Positions 1 through 9,611 are shown, numbered from the stretch's first letter. The stretch: DNA of 64,000 nt from Alphaproteobacteria bacterium (GCA_963555825.3 CAUVXB020000002.1:3072001-3136000); one strand, 5' to 3'. Program-made: numbers and translations. The notes: generated from the letters alone by a model not told the origin.

Positions 1-699
1 GTAGGTGAACATTGGGATGAAATACACGGTTTCGAAACGCACGTTCAGCCGCGCGCCCATTTCGGCGAAGGCAGCTTCCGTATGGGCGAAGGTGGGGTGG
101 TCGGCGTGAAGGGTCGCCATGGGTTTGCCGTCCAGGTCGGCGGCCGTGACGCAATCCTTACCGGCCAACGGATCCCCCGCCGGCATGGCGCAGAGACACT
201 CGAAGTCTACGACCTCATGGTCGACCAGCGGCGAGCGGTTTGCGCCAACGAAGCCCAAGTCCGCCAAACCCATGTCGTATTGCTGCACCGAGATCAACTG
301 CTGAACCCGGATGGAACTGCGGGTGATCAGCGATACCTGCACCTGCTCGCGGCCCGCGACGAAGCGACCGATGAGGTCGGGCAACATGAACACCGAGGGG
401 CCGGCCATGGAAGCGATTCGGATGGTGCCGCGATCGAGATCGCGGACGCTCTTGATGGTCTGCTCCGCGACATCCAGGCGGCCGATGATCTCGCCTGCCT
501 CCTCGAACAGGTAATGGGCTTCGGGCACCGGATGCAGGCGGCCGCCGCGGCGCGCGAACAGCTTGAACCCGATATCGTCCTCGAGACCTGCGATTAGCGA
601 GCTGATGGCCGGCTGAGTACGGTAAAGGTTCCGCGCCGCTTCCGAAACAGAGCCGGTCAGCATGACTTCCCGGAAAGCATTCAACTGTTTGAAATTCAA
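1..699 (-). CDS. LysR-family transcriptional regulator (3' end runs off the window)
   Basis: Not in the ORF track. Manual translation from TTG at 699 (GGAG upstream) gives LNFKQLNAFREVMLTGSVSEAARNLYRTQPAISSLIAGLEDDIGFKLFARRGGRLHP, a LysR HTH, followed by a substrate-binding domain. Divergent from the TAXI operon. Confidence 0.92.
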   Translation of the reverse strand, partial: MNFKQLNAFREVMLTGSVSEAARNLYRTQPAISSLIAGLEDDIGFKLFARRGGRLHPVPEAHYLFEEAGEIIGRLDVAEQTIKSVRDLDRGTIRIASMAGPSVFMLPDLIGRFVAGREQVQVSLITRSSIRVQQLISVQQYDMGLADLGFVGANRSPLVDHEVVDFECLCAMPAGDPLAGKDCVTAADLDGKPMATLHADHPTFAHTEAAFAEMGARLNVRFETVYFIPMFTY

Positions 700-738
700 T
701 GCAATCTCCAGATTTCTCGACCATTTGGAAAGACATAG

Positions 739-759
739 TATCAATTAAATCTATTGATA
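739..759. promoter_or_regulatory. Putative LysR operator
   Basis: Perfect dyad TATCAAT-N7-ATTGATA containing T-N11-A, in the AT-rich gap between the divergent lysR and TAXI genes. Confidence 0.6.
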
Positions 760-905
760 TAGCAATTTTAATAATTTGTTTTTATGAAATGCGTCTCCCT
801 AACATACCTCGGTGTATTTTGCGATTCGGTCCACGCGCGCGGGAGACGGTGCGGGGATCGTATGGGGATACGCCATCAAATCATCGAACTAAGGGAGTGA
901 CTTCC

Positions 906-1922
906 ATGAAATTCCATTCGAAACTCGTCGTTGCGACCCTCGCCGGCGTGCTCATGGCCGGCGCCGCGGCGCAAGCTCAAGAAATGACATTCTTCCGTAT
1001 CGGAACCGGCGGTGCCGGCGGTACCTACTTTCCGATCGGCGGATTGATCGCCAACGCCATTTCCAACCCGCCGGGTTCGGGGAAGACCTGCGAGCAGGGC
1101 GGTAGCTGCGGCGTGCCGGGCCTGATCGCCATCGCCCAATCGACCAATGCGTCGGCCCACAACGTCACCGCGATCAATTCCGGCCAGATGGAAGCCGGCC
1201 TCACCGGTGCGGCAACGCTCTATTTCGCCTATCACGGTACGGGCAAGTTCGAGGGCAAGGCGAAGCCAAACATTCGCATTATCGCCAAGCTGTATCCCGA
1301 AGACATGCACTTGGTGATGAAGAAGGGCATGAAAATAAACTCGCTAGCGGATTTGAAAGGCAAGCGAGTCGGCATTGCCCAGGCCGGTTCCGGCACCCAG
1401 ATCGCCGTCGAGATGATTCTCGGGCAACATGGCGTCAACCGTGACAACATCGACGAGGCCGAGCTCAACAACTCGCAAAGCGCCGAACGGATCGCCGATG
1501 GGCATCTGGACGCCTACTTGTATGTCGCCGGCACACCGGTCGCCGCAATGATCCAGCTCGACAACACGAAAGGCATGGAGATTTACTCTTTCTCAGATGC
1601 CGAAGTGAAGGCGGTGAACGAAATCCTGCCCTATTACGGCCAATCGACGATTCTGGCCGGCACCTATGCGGGCATCGATTACGACGTCAATACGGTCGCC
1701 GTGAACGGCATCCTGGTGACCAGTATCGATCAAGACGAAGACTTGATCTACGCCATCACCAAGGCGTTGTGGAACGACACGACCCGCAAGCTGCTCGATA
1801 CAGGCCACGCCAAGGGCAAGGTCATTCGCGTGGAAACAGCGCTTGACGGCGTCGCTGCTTTGGACGTTCCGCTCCACCCCGGTGCGGAACGGTACTACAA
1901 AGAAATTGGCATGCTGAACTAG
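906..1922 (+). CDS. TAXI-family TRAP transporter solute-binding protein
   Basis: Signal peptide; motifs IGTGGAGGTYFPIGG, GSGT and PLHPGAERYYKE; RBS AAGGGAG before ATG 906. Confidence 0.93.
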   Translation: MKFHSKLVVATLAGVLMAGAAAQAQEMTFFRIGTGGAGGTYFPIGGLIANAISNPPGSGKTCEQGGSCGVPGLIAIAQSTNASAHNVTAINSGQMEAGLTGAATLYFAYHGTGKFEGKAKPNIRIIAKLYPEDMHLVMKKGMKINSLADLKGKRVGIAQAGSGTQIAVEMILGQHGVNRDNIDEAELNNSQSAERIADGHLDAYLYVAGTPVAAMIQLDNTKGMEIYSFSDAEVKAVNEILPYYGQSTILAGTYAGIDYDVNTVAVNGILVTSIDQDEDLIYAITKALWNDTTRKLLDTGHAKGKVIRVETALDGVAALDVPLHPGAERYYKEIGMLN

Positions 1923-1930
1923 TTGTATCG

Positions 1931-2015
1931 CTCCCGAAGACTCGGCTGTCCGACTGGCGGGGCAGAGACAGTGTTCCGTCAAACCCCGCCAGTCGGTTGC
2001 CTCTCGACTCGGGAG
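1931..2015 (+). other. Intercistronic stem-loop between binding protein and permease genes
   Basis: CCGACTGGCGGGG (1950-1962) pairs with CCCCGCCAGTCGG (1984-1996); outer pairing CTCCCGA/TCGGGAG. Typical position for an mRNA-stabilising hairpin. Confidence 0.5.
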
Positions 2016-2103
2016 ATTGTCGTTTTCGCGTCGCGGAAGCGTAAATCCATCACTCGTGGCGGCATCAGGTGACCGTCGGGTAGGGGACCAAGGGGGAATT
2101 GCA

Positions 2104-4341
2104 ATGGTCGAGCAACCGACCGGCACACTCGACATCGAAGCGACCGAGGCGCTTGAGAAACAATACGACTCGTCCCTCGTCACCCGCGACAATGGCCCGG
2201 CGTTGGCGCGGGTGCTCTATTACGTCGCCATCGCCTTCGCCTTCTATCATATATATACCGCGGGCTTCGGGACGCCGGTCGACCACCAGCACATGGGAAT
2301 CCACCTCGCCGGCCTGTTCATCATGATCTTTCTCGGATTTCCGCTGATGCGCACCCAGAGCGCGCTCGAATTCCAGGAAAACACGTGGTGGCGCTGGGGC
2401 AATGTTCCGGTTTACGACTGGGTGTGCGCCGCCGTCGGCGTCGCGGCGGCGCTTTTCCTGGCGCTGTCGTGGACGGGACTGACCGCCTTCGGCCTGGATG
2501 TATCCGAGCAGGCATTGCGCCAGGGCGATCCCCATTGGCTCGACCTCATCTTCGGCACGGCGCTCATCGTGCTGGTGCTCGAGATCACGCGCCGGGCGCT
2601 GGGTTTCGTGCTGCCGATGATCATCATTGCGTTTATTCTTTACGCATTGCTCGGTCCGTATATGCCGCTTCAGATTCTGAAGCATCCAGGCGTCGACTGG
2701 CGGCAGTTCATCAACAACATGTACTTCCCGGCGGAAGGTATCTTCGGGGTGACGCTGTGGGTCGTCTCCACGGTCGTCTTCCATTTCGTGTTGTTCGGCA
2801 TCGTTGCCCAGCGCATGGGATTGGGCCGGTTCTTCATCGACAACGCCATGGTCGTGGCCGGAAAGTACACCGGCGGCCCGGCCAAGGTGAGCGTGGTGTC
2901 GTCGGCGTTCTTCGGCACCATCTCCGGTTCGTCGATCGCCAACACGGTCTCCACCGGCTCGCTGACGATTCCCAACATGAAGCGCCTCGGCTATCCCGGT
3001 CACTTCGCCGCCGGCGTCGAGGCCGCGTCCAGCGCCGGCGGCCAGATTACGCCGCCGATCATGGGCGCCGCCTCGTTTCTGATGGCCGAGTTCCTTGAGG
3101 TTCCTTACACGACCATCGTCATCGCGGCGATTGTGCCGGCGTCCATGCACTACATCGGCGTTCTTTCGATCGTCCATTTCACGGCGAAGCGGCTTGGCCT
3201 AAAGGGCTATGCCAAGGACCAGCTGCCCAAGTTCCTCCAGATCTGGCGGGAGCGTTGGTATACGGTCATGCCGCTGGCGGCGCTTCTGATCACGCTGTTC
3301 ACCGGTTATTCGCCGAACATGGCCGCCTTCATGGGGTTGACTTTCTGCATCGTCGTCGGCTTTTCGTCGTTCCAGAAGCCCGCGACGATGATCCTTCCGG
3401 CCGCCCTGATGGCCTACATCCTGTGGCGGGTGTCGATCGACGCCTTCTCGCCCGTTATGGGCGGCGTTCTTGGCGGATTGCTAATCCTCAGTCTCATGCA
3501 CAAGGGCCAACGCCACAGTATGAAAGAGCTGTTCGACAGTTTCCATGTCGGCGTTGGATACGCCCTGGCCGTTGGCGCCGCCTGCGCCGCCGTCGGCATC
3601 GTGGTCGGCGTCATCAACACCACGGGCATCGCATTCCGCCTCGGCTTCATGGTCACCACCGGCGCCCGCGACATGGCCGAGATGTTCTACTCGGTAATCG
3701 GCTGGATTCCGCTCGACGTATTCTCGCAGGCCTCCATGCAACAGTTCCTGTCGCTGGTCTTTATCGCCATCGCGTGCATCCTGATGGGCGCCGGCCTGCC
3801 GACGACGGCGCTCTATATCATGCTGGTTTCCGTCGCCCAACCGGCGCTGGCGCAATTGGGCGTGCCGGTGCTGGCGACGCATATGTTCGTACTTTACTAC
3901 GGTGTGATATCGGAGATCACGCCGCCGGTCTGCGCCTCGGCCTACGCGGCGGCGGGCATCGCCGGAGCGAATCCGTTCAAAACCGGCTGCACCGCTTTCA
4001 CGCTCGGCGTCGGAAAGCTGATGGTGCCCATGGTCTTCGTCTACGCGCCGACCATGCTGATCGTGCTTCCGGAACACTTCACCTTGGTGTCCTTTCTCCA
4101 TGTTTCCCTGACCTGCGCGCTTGGTATTTTCGCCATCGCGACGGCGGTTTCAGGCTACTTCCTGGCGCCGTTGAACGGGATGTGGCGGGCGGTCATGGCT
4201 ATCTCGGGCCTGCTGATGGTCGCCCCCGGATGGGGAAGCGACCTCACAGCGCTCGTCGTTGCGGCGCCAGTGATCTTCATGCAGGTGACGGCACAACGCC
4301 TCGAAGCGACTTCCGGCTCGGCAAGCGTTGATGGCGATTAG
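2104..4341 (+). CDS. TRAP transporter fused (4TM/12TM) permease
   Basis: Highly hydrophobic; motifs GGPAKVSVVSS, GTISGSSIANT, GGQITPPIMGAASFLMAE, LMGAGLPTT and SEITPPV. Confidence 0.93.
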   Translation: MVEQPTGTLDIEATEALEKQYDSSLVTRDNGPALARVLYYVAIAFAFYHIYTAGFGTPVDHQHMGIHLAGLFIMIFLGFPLMRTQSALEFQENTWWRWGNVPVYDWVCAAVGVAAALFLALSWTGLTAFGLDVSEQALRQGDPHWLDLIFGTALIVLVLEITRRALGFVLPMIIIAFILYALLGPYMPLQILKHPGVDWRQFINNMYFPAEGIFGVTLWVVSTVVFHFVLFGIVAQRMGLGRFFIDNAMVVAGKYTGGPAKVSVVSSAFFGTISGSSIANTVSTGSLTIPNMKRLGYPGHFAAGVEAASSAGGQITPPIMGAASFLMAEFLEVPYTTIVIAAIVPASMHYIGVLSIVHFTAKRLGLKGYAKDQLPKFLQIWRERWYTVMPLAALLITLFTGYSPNMAAFMGLTFCIVVGFSSFQKPATMILPAALMAYILWRVSIDAFSPVMGGVLGGLLILSLMHKGQRHSMKELFDSFHVGVGYALAVGAACAAVGIVVGVINTTGIAFRLGFMVTTGARDMAEMFYSVIGWIPLDVFSQASMQQFLSLVFIAIACILMGAGLPTTALYIMLVSVAQPALAQLGVPVLATHMFVLYYGVISEITPPVCASAYAAAGIAGANPFKTGCTAFTLGVGKLMVPMVFVYAPTMLIVLPEHFTLVSFLHVSLTCALGIFAIATAVSGYFLAPLNGMWRAVMAISGLLMVAPGWGSDLTALVVAAPVIFMQVTAQRLEATSGSASVDGD

Positions 4342-4359
4342 CGCGGAAGGATAGCAAGC

Positions 4360-4803
4360 ATGTTCAAGAATATTCTCGTCGCCGTCGATCTGGAAGACGA
4401 CACACACATCGACGATCTGCTGAGCGTTGCCTCGGGCATCGCCAATGCCCAAGGCGCCAAGCTGCACCTGTTGCATGTCATCGGCGCCGCGCCCGCCGTG
4501 GTTTCGCAGTTCCTCCCCGAGAGTTACGAATCGATGGCTTCCGAGAAGATCGAGAAGGACCTCACCGCCTTGGCGGCGAGGGTCGATCTGGCCGAAGGCG
4601 CCGCCGCCGTGTCTGTCCGATTCGGCGACGTCTATCAGGAAATCCTGGCCCACGCCGCCAACATCGGCGCCGACCTCATCATCGTCGCATCCCACAAGCC
4701 GAATGTCGGTGACTATCTGCTGGGAACCACCGCCGCCCGCGTCGTCCATCATGCCGCCTGCTCGGTGTTTGTCGTCCGGCGAGACGAAGTCACGGACAGA
4801 TGA
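4360..4803 (+). CDS. Universal stress protein
   Basis: MFKNILVAVD, ADLIIVASH, LLGTTAARVVHHAACSVFVVR. Confidence 0.92.
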   Translation: MFKNILVAVDLEDDTHIDDLLSVASGIANAQGAKLHLLHVIGAAPAVVSQFLPESYESMASEKIEKDLTALAARVDLAEGAAAVSVRFGDVYQEILAHAANIGADLIIVASHKPNVGDYLLGTTAARVVHHAACSVFVVRRDEVTDR

Positions 4804-4885
4804 CCACCTGGACCGCCGCGACCCTGGCCGAGTGGGCCCTCGCGCTTGACACCGACGACCTGCCCGACGCCGTCATCGTCAAGGC
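4784..4885 (+). repeat. Direct repeat copy 1 (usp 3' end plus MmgE/PrpD 5' end)
   Basis: 102 bp, about 13 mismatches to 5397-5498 by manual alignment. Confidence 0.88.
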
Positions 4886-5000
4886 TGCGTCGGCGTCGAT
4901 GTCCGACATAGACGACGGACAGCCGATACGGGTGTGGTGTGACCGGGGGCGCAACCGACCATTGACACAGGGTCCCGACGAATTTGAGAGAGCAGGATGA
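4800..5000 (+). pseudogene. Truncated duplicate N-terminus of the MmgE/PrpD gene
   Basis: MTTWTAATLAEWALALDTDDLPDAVIVKA matches MTPWTAATLAEWTLEFDAGDLPDAVIAKA of 5413-6786, then diverges. Confidence 0.8.
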
Positions 5001-5392
5001 CAAACAGGATGACGATGGCCTTGATGGCGGCGGCGCTCATCCTAGCGATGCAAGGACACCCCCGCGCCCAATCCCCGGACTGCCCCTGTGGCAATCCAGC
5101 CGACCTCGTGCCCCTCGCCAAGTGGCCGACTGACGTTGCCGATTGTTCCGCCGACCCGACCCGCACGGCGCTGTATGGTTTCTCGTTCGAGGGGGGGATC
5201 GTATCGGTTTCTTCGACGGTATACGGGAGGGACTGCCAGTACGTGGTGGATGCCATCGGCCTCGACATCCAAGAGCGGCCGATGTCTCGGCCCCAGGTCG
5301 ATGCCTGCTCGGGCTTGATCCTCGGCTACGCCCAGGCGCTGAAGGACGCGGGTCGAGTCGCCGTGGGCGATTTTGGGTGCAATCTCCGGTGA
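4997..5392 (+). CDS. Hypothetical secreted Cys-rich protein
   Basis: Signal peptide ending PRA-Q; six Cys in the mature part; purine-rich RBS-like sequence; no family recognised. Confidence 0.6.
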   Translation: MTNRMTMALMAAALILAMQGHPRAQSPDCPCGNPADLVPLAKWPTDVADCSADPTRTALYGFSFEGGIVSVSSTVYGRDCQYVVDAIGLDIQERPMSRPQVDACSGLILGYAQALKDAGRVAVGDFGCNLR

Positions 5393-5396
5393 CAGC

Positions 5397-5498
5397 ACGA
5401 AGTCACGGATGGATGACCCCTTGGACTGCCGCGACCCTGGCCGAGTGGACCCTCGAGTTCGACGCTGGCGACCTGCCCGACGCCGTCATCGCCAAGGC
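5397..5498 (+). repeat. Direct repeat copy 2
   Basis: ACGAAGTCACGGA...ATCGCCAAGGC, matching 4784-4885. Confidence 0.88.
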
Positions 5499-6786
5499 CG
5501 AGGACTGCCTGATCGACGCGCTCGCCTGCGCCCTGGCCGGCCGCGACGCCGAGGGCACGGCGCGTATCATGGCGGTCGCCTCGGCGCAGTATCGTGACGG
5601 GCCCGCCGACGTCTGGTTCGGTGCCGACCGCTTGCACCCGACCGGGGCGGCCTTCGTCAATTCCGCCGCCGTCTCGATCCTCGACCTGGACGACGGCCAT
5701 CGCGGCCCGCTCGGCCACCCGGGGGCGGCGGTCATTCCATCGGCCCTGGCCGTGGCGCAGGAAACCAACGCGGACGGGCCGGCGTTGCTGGCAGCCGTCG
5801 TCGCCGGCTACGAGGTCAGCACCCGCATCGGCGCATCGGAATGGCGGCCCGCCTATCATACGGGCAACTGGAGCGGCTTCGGCGCGGCGACGGCGGCGGC
5901 CCGGCTGCGCGGCCTGAGCGCCGAGCAACTCACCCACGCCCTCGCCATCACCGCCTACCATGGGCCACGCATCGCCGACCTGACGCTGAGCTCGGACATG
6001 GGCGCCAACGTCAAGGAATCCATCCCCTGGTCGGTGGTCACCGGCCTCAACGCCGCCGACCTGGCCGCGCAAGGATTTACGGGGTGTCGCGACGCCCTGG
6101 ATATTAACGAACGGTTTGAACCGGGTCGCGCTACGGCGGACCTGGGCGGCGGCTTCCAGATCATGAACACTTATTTCAAGCGCTACTCGGCCTGCCGTTG
6201 GATTCACGGCGCCGTCGAAGCCCTGCTGCAGATCATGGCGGAACATGGTCTGGCGGCCGAACACATCGATAGCATCCACGTCGAAACCTTCCGCCAGGCC
6301 GCCGACCTCGACAATCTGGCCGACCCGCCGTCTCCGGAAAGCGCCCAATACAGCCTGCCCTATTGCCTCGGCATCGCCGCGACCAAGGGCGACAACGCCC
6401 TGTTGCCCATGGCGGCGGACGATCTTCACAATCCGGCGACGGTGGCGTTCGCCAACAAGGTGACGGTCACGTGCCACGACGCATTGGCCGCCGATTTCCC
6501 GCTGACTTTGCCCGCCCGGGTCATCGTCGGCAGCCAATCGGAAATTTTCGAAGCCCGGGTCGACCTGCCCTGGGGCGAGCCGGGCGGGCCGACGCGCCGC
6601 GCCGACCTGGTCGCCAAGTTCCAGGCCCTGGCCGCGCAACGGATGTGCGAACACCGGGCCACTGCCATTATCGCCGCCGTGGAAAATCTGAAAAACGGTC
6701 CCCTCGATCCTCTGCTTGATGTGCTTTCCGATCCCGCCGGCAATGACATCGTGGCGTTGGAAGCAAGCCGTCATACCATCGGCTGA
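5413..6786 (+). CDS. MmgE/PrpD family protein
   Basis: Motifs LDLDDGH, GHPGAAVIPSALA, GYEV, FKRYSACRWIH and AQYSLPY. Confidence 0.92.
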   Translation: MTPWTAATLAEWTLEFDAGDLPDAVIAKAEDCLIDALACALAGRDAEGTARIMAVASAQYRDGPADVWFGADRLHPTGAAFVNSAAVSILDLDDGHRGPLGHPGAAVIPSALAVAQETNADGPALLAAVVAGYEVSTRIGASEWRPAYHTGNWSGFGAATAAARLRGLSAEQLTHALAITAYHGPRIADLTLSSDMGANVKESIPWSVVTGLNAADLAAQGFTGCRDALDINERFEPGRATADLGGGFQIMNTYFKRYSACRWIHGAVEALLQIMAEHGLAAEHIDSIHVETFRQAADLDNLADPPSPESAQYSLPYCLGIAATKGDNALLPMAADDLHNPATVAFANKVTVTCHDALAADFPLTLPARVIVGSQSEIFEARVDLPWGEPGGPTRRADLVAKFQALAAQRMCEHRATAIIAAVENLKNGPLDPLLDVLSDPAGNDIVALEASRHTIG

Positions 6787-7058
6787 CAACACCATCGTTT
6801 TCGACCTCACAATTCGCTGCATTCGGATTCCGGCGCCGTGTTATAGGGCGATTGATTGAGCCTAACAACGCGACTGCGGCGTTGGATCTTGGCTACGCCC
6901 GGACTCGACGGCGGCGCCAAGACGATGACCGCTCTCGGACGATTGGCCGACATTTGAGTCCGTCGCTTGCTTTCAAGCCATATCAAATTTCAAACTGAGA
7001 CACGACCCGTCGGCGGCGGTGCTGGCGCCGGGCGACCGCCATGGTGTATAGCGGCGCG

Positions 7059-8324
7059 ATGACCACGCAAACCACACGGGCGGCGGCGCCATCGTCGATC
7101 GCCGTCATCGGCGCCGGCATCGTCGGCATGTGCTGTGCGCGCTGGCTGCAGCGCGACGGCCACCGGGTGACCGTCTTCGATCCGGTCGCGCCCGGCGGAT
7201 CATGCTCGTTCGGCAACGCGGGGATCATCAGTACGACCTCGGTGCTGCCCTTCGCGCTGCCCGGCACGCTGAGCAAACTGCCGGGCTGGCTGGCCGACCC
7301 GCTCGGCCCGCTGACCATTCGTTGGCGCCATCTGCCACGGCTGGCGCCATGGTTCCTGCGTCTCGCCGCCAACACCCGGCGATCCCGCGTCGAGGCCATC
7401 GCTGATGCGCTCAAGGCGCTCAACGCGCCGACGCTGGAGGCCTATCGCGAGCTGTTGGGTTCCGCGGATTTTTCCGACCTGGTGCGCCAGGACGGCATCC
7501 TCTACGCCTATCGCGACGCGGCCGAGCTCGCCGACGCCGAGGTGGCGTGGCAGATGCGCCGCGCGCGCGGCGTACGATTCGAAAAACTCGGCCCCGATCA
7601 GATGCGTCAGATGGAACCCGCGTTGAGCCCCGAGTTCACCCGAGGCGTCTTCCTCGAAAATTCGGCCCATGTCGTCTCCCCGGTGCGCGTCGTCGAGACG
7701 CTGGCCGAACGCTTCCTCGCCGACGGTGGCGAGATCGTCGCCCAGCGCATCGACGACGTCGACATCGGCCCGGACGGGCCGCGCGCCGTCCGCTCGGCGG
7801 CGGGCGAGCATCCGATCGACGGTCTGGTCGTCGCCGCCGGCGCCTGGTCGCACCGATTGAGCAGACGTCTCGGCAGCCGCGTGCCGCTCGAGGCCGAGCG
7901 GGGCTACCACGTGACGATTGCGGACCCGGGCGCGGGACCGCGCCGACCGGTCGGCCTGCCCGGCGCCGGGATCATCGCGACGCCGATGGAGATGGGCTTG
8001 CGGGCCGCCGGCACCGACGAGTTCGCGACCGTCGACGCGCCGCCCGACTATCGGCGCGCCAAGGTGATCCTCGGACACGTCAAGAAGATGTTCCCAGCGA
8101 TCAACTCCGGCGCGGCGACCGAGTGGATGGGCTGCCGCCCGTCGCTGCCCGACTCGCTACCGGTGATCGGCCGCTCGCCGCACTTCGCCAATGTGCATTA
8201 CGCCTTCGGCCACGGCCATCTGGGGCTGACCGAAGGATCGATCTCGGGCAAGCTGGTTGCCGAGATGATCGCCGGCCGGCCGACCAGCATCGATACCGCG
8301 CCGTACCGGATCGACCGCTTCTAG
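7059..8324 (+). CDS. FAD-dependent D-amino-acid dehydrogenase (DadA-like)
   Basis: GAGIVG, SFGNAG, RGYH, WMGCRPSLPDSLPVIG, GHGHLGLT. Confidence 0.9.
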   Translation: MTTQTTRAAAPSSIAVIGAGIVGMCCARWLQRDGHRVTVFDPVAPGGSCSFGNAGIISTTSVLPFALPGTLSKLPGWLADPLGPLTIRWRHLPRLAPWFLRLAANTRRSRVEAIADALKALNAPTLEAYRELLGSADFSDLVRQDGILYAYRDAAELADAEVAWQMRRARGVRFEKLGPDQMRQMEPALSPEFTRGVFLENSAHVVSPVRVVETLAERFLADGGEIVAQRIDDVDIGPDGPRAVRSAAGEHPIDGLVVAAGAWSHRLSRRLGSRVPLEAERGYHVTIADPGAGPRRPVGLPGAGIIATPMEMGLRAAGTDEFATVDAPPDYRRAKVILGHVKKMFPAINSGAATEWMGCRPSLPDSLPVIGRSPHFANVHYAFGHGHLGLTEGSISGKLVAEMIAGRPTSIDTAPYRIDRF

Positions 8325-8343
8325 ATTTTTCGGGACGATTGGC

Positions 8344-8370
8344 CCCGGTGGAGGCACCGCCTCCGCCGGG
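8344..8370. terminator. GC-rich hairpin between convergent genes
   Basis: CCCGGTGGAGGC-acc-GCCTCCGCCGGG; no clear U tract. Confidence 0.45.
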
Positions 8371-8389
8371 CTGTTCGATTGAAGACGCT

Positions 8390-8566
8390 TTAACGCGTGC
8401 TGCGGTCGTAGCCGAGGTCGCGCAGCGTGCCGCGATCGAGGCCGCTCGCGTTGTTGCCGCGGGAGCCAGCCGAGATCAGCCGCGCCACATCGAAGCTGTT
8501 CAGGCCGTCGACGCCGCTCGGGCCGTGCGGGACGGTGCGGTCGATGAAGCGATCGAAATTCGTCAT
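8390..8566 (-). CDS. Small (58 aa) DUF1127/YjiS-like protein
   Basis: Below the ORF-track cutoff. RBS GAGGAG; translation MTNFDRFIDRTVPHGPSGVDGLNSFDVARLISAGSRGNNASGLDRGTLRDLGYDRSTR. The C-terminal LDRGTLRDLGYDR resembles the DUF1127 L-x-D-x-x-L-x-DIG-x-x-R motif. Divergent from a LysR. Confidence 0.65.
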   Translation of the reverse strand: MTNFDRFIDRTVPHGPSGVDGLNSFDVARLISAGSRGNNASGLDRGTLRDLGYDRSTR

Positions 8567-8628
8567 GGCTGGGTACTCCTCATTACCAGGGTTGTTTTCT
8601 ACCCAAGCATATCGGGGTGACCTTCACA

Positions 8629-8672
8629 TGAATCAAATTCGAAATTTTCAAATATAATATGAATGTACTTCA
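8629..8672. promoter_or_regulatory. Two MetR-type LysR boxes
   Basis: TGAATCAAATTCG (8629-8641) and TGAATGTACTTCA (8660-8672); the latter fits the MetR consensus TGAANNTNNTTCA. Confidence 0.6.
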
Positions 8673-8687
8673 CGATATAGTAAGCCC

Positions 8688-9611
8688 ATGTTCCCGCGTC
8701 TCGATATGCGCCACTTGCAGATGTTGGTCGCGATCGCCGATACCGGCAGCGTCACCCGCGCCGCCGCGTTGCTCGGCGTCACCCAGTCGGCGTTGAGCCA
8801 TCGTTTGCACGAGGCCGAGCGGCGGCTCGATGCGGCGCTCTTCAGCCGGGTGAACAAGCGCCTGCGCATGACCCCGGCGGCCGAGCGACTTTACGGCGTC
8901 GCGATGCGCACGTTGGTCGGGCTCGAGCGTACCGAGGCCGAGGTCGAGCGATCGACCCACGGCGTCCGCCATGTGGCGCGCCTCGGCATCGGCGCCTACA
9001 CGCGCTGCCATTGGCTGCCCGAATTTCTCGACCTGGTCGGCGAGACGATGCCCGAGGTCGAGATCAACGTGGTCGCCGACGCCATGCAGAGGCCGTTCGA
9101 GATGCTGACCGAGGGCGCGGTCGACGTCACCGTCATGGTCGGTGAGCCGTCGGGCCCGGGCCTGCGCGTCATTCCAATGTTCGACGACGAGCTGATCGCC
9201 ATCGTGGCGCCCGACCACAGGCTCGCGGATCGGTCTTACATCGTCGCCGACGACCTGGTCGAGGAGACTTACATCACCTACAGCTGGACGCATGTGCCGG
9301 GCCATGCCCATGACCTCCTGATGCGGCCGGCCAACCTGTTCCCGCGGCGCTCGATGCGCGTCGAGCTGCCCGACGCCATCGTCGAGCTGGTGCGCGCCAA
9401 GTTCGGCATCAGCATCTTGACGCGCTGGGCGGTCGAGCAGGACATCGCCGACGGACGGCTGGTCGGCCTGCCGATCACCGATCGCGGCATGACGATCGCG
9501 TGGTCGGCGGTGGTGCGCGATGCCGACGGCGCCGGTTCAATATCGCACCGGCTCGCCGCCGCGCTCGCCCGCTGGTCGGGCGGTGACGCCATCGGATCGA
9601 CGGCCGCATAG
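8688..9611 (+). CDS. LysR-family regulator (MetR-like)
   Basis: HTH GSVTRAAALLGVTQSALSHRL; TRCHWL segment resembles the MetR subfamily. Confidence 0.9.
   Translation: MFPRLDMRHLQMLVAIADTGSVTRAAALLGVTQSALSHRLHEAERRLDAALFSRVNKRLRMTPAAERLYGVAMRTLVGLERTEAEVERSTHGVRHVARLGIGAYTRCHWLPEFLDLVGETMPEVEINVVADAMQRPFEMLTEGAVDVTVMVGEPSGPGLRVIPMFDDELIAIVAPDHRLADRSYIVADDLVEETYITYSWTHVPGHAHDLLMRPANLFPRRSMRVELPDAIVELVRAKFGISILTRWAVEQDIADGRLVGLPITDRGMTIAWSAVVRDADGAGSISHRLAAALARWSGGDAIGSTAA

Noticed and set aside
82-597. 171-aa plus-strand ORF
   Set aside because: Antisense to the LysR gene found on the minus strand.
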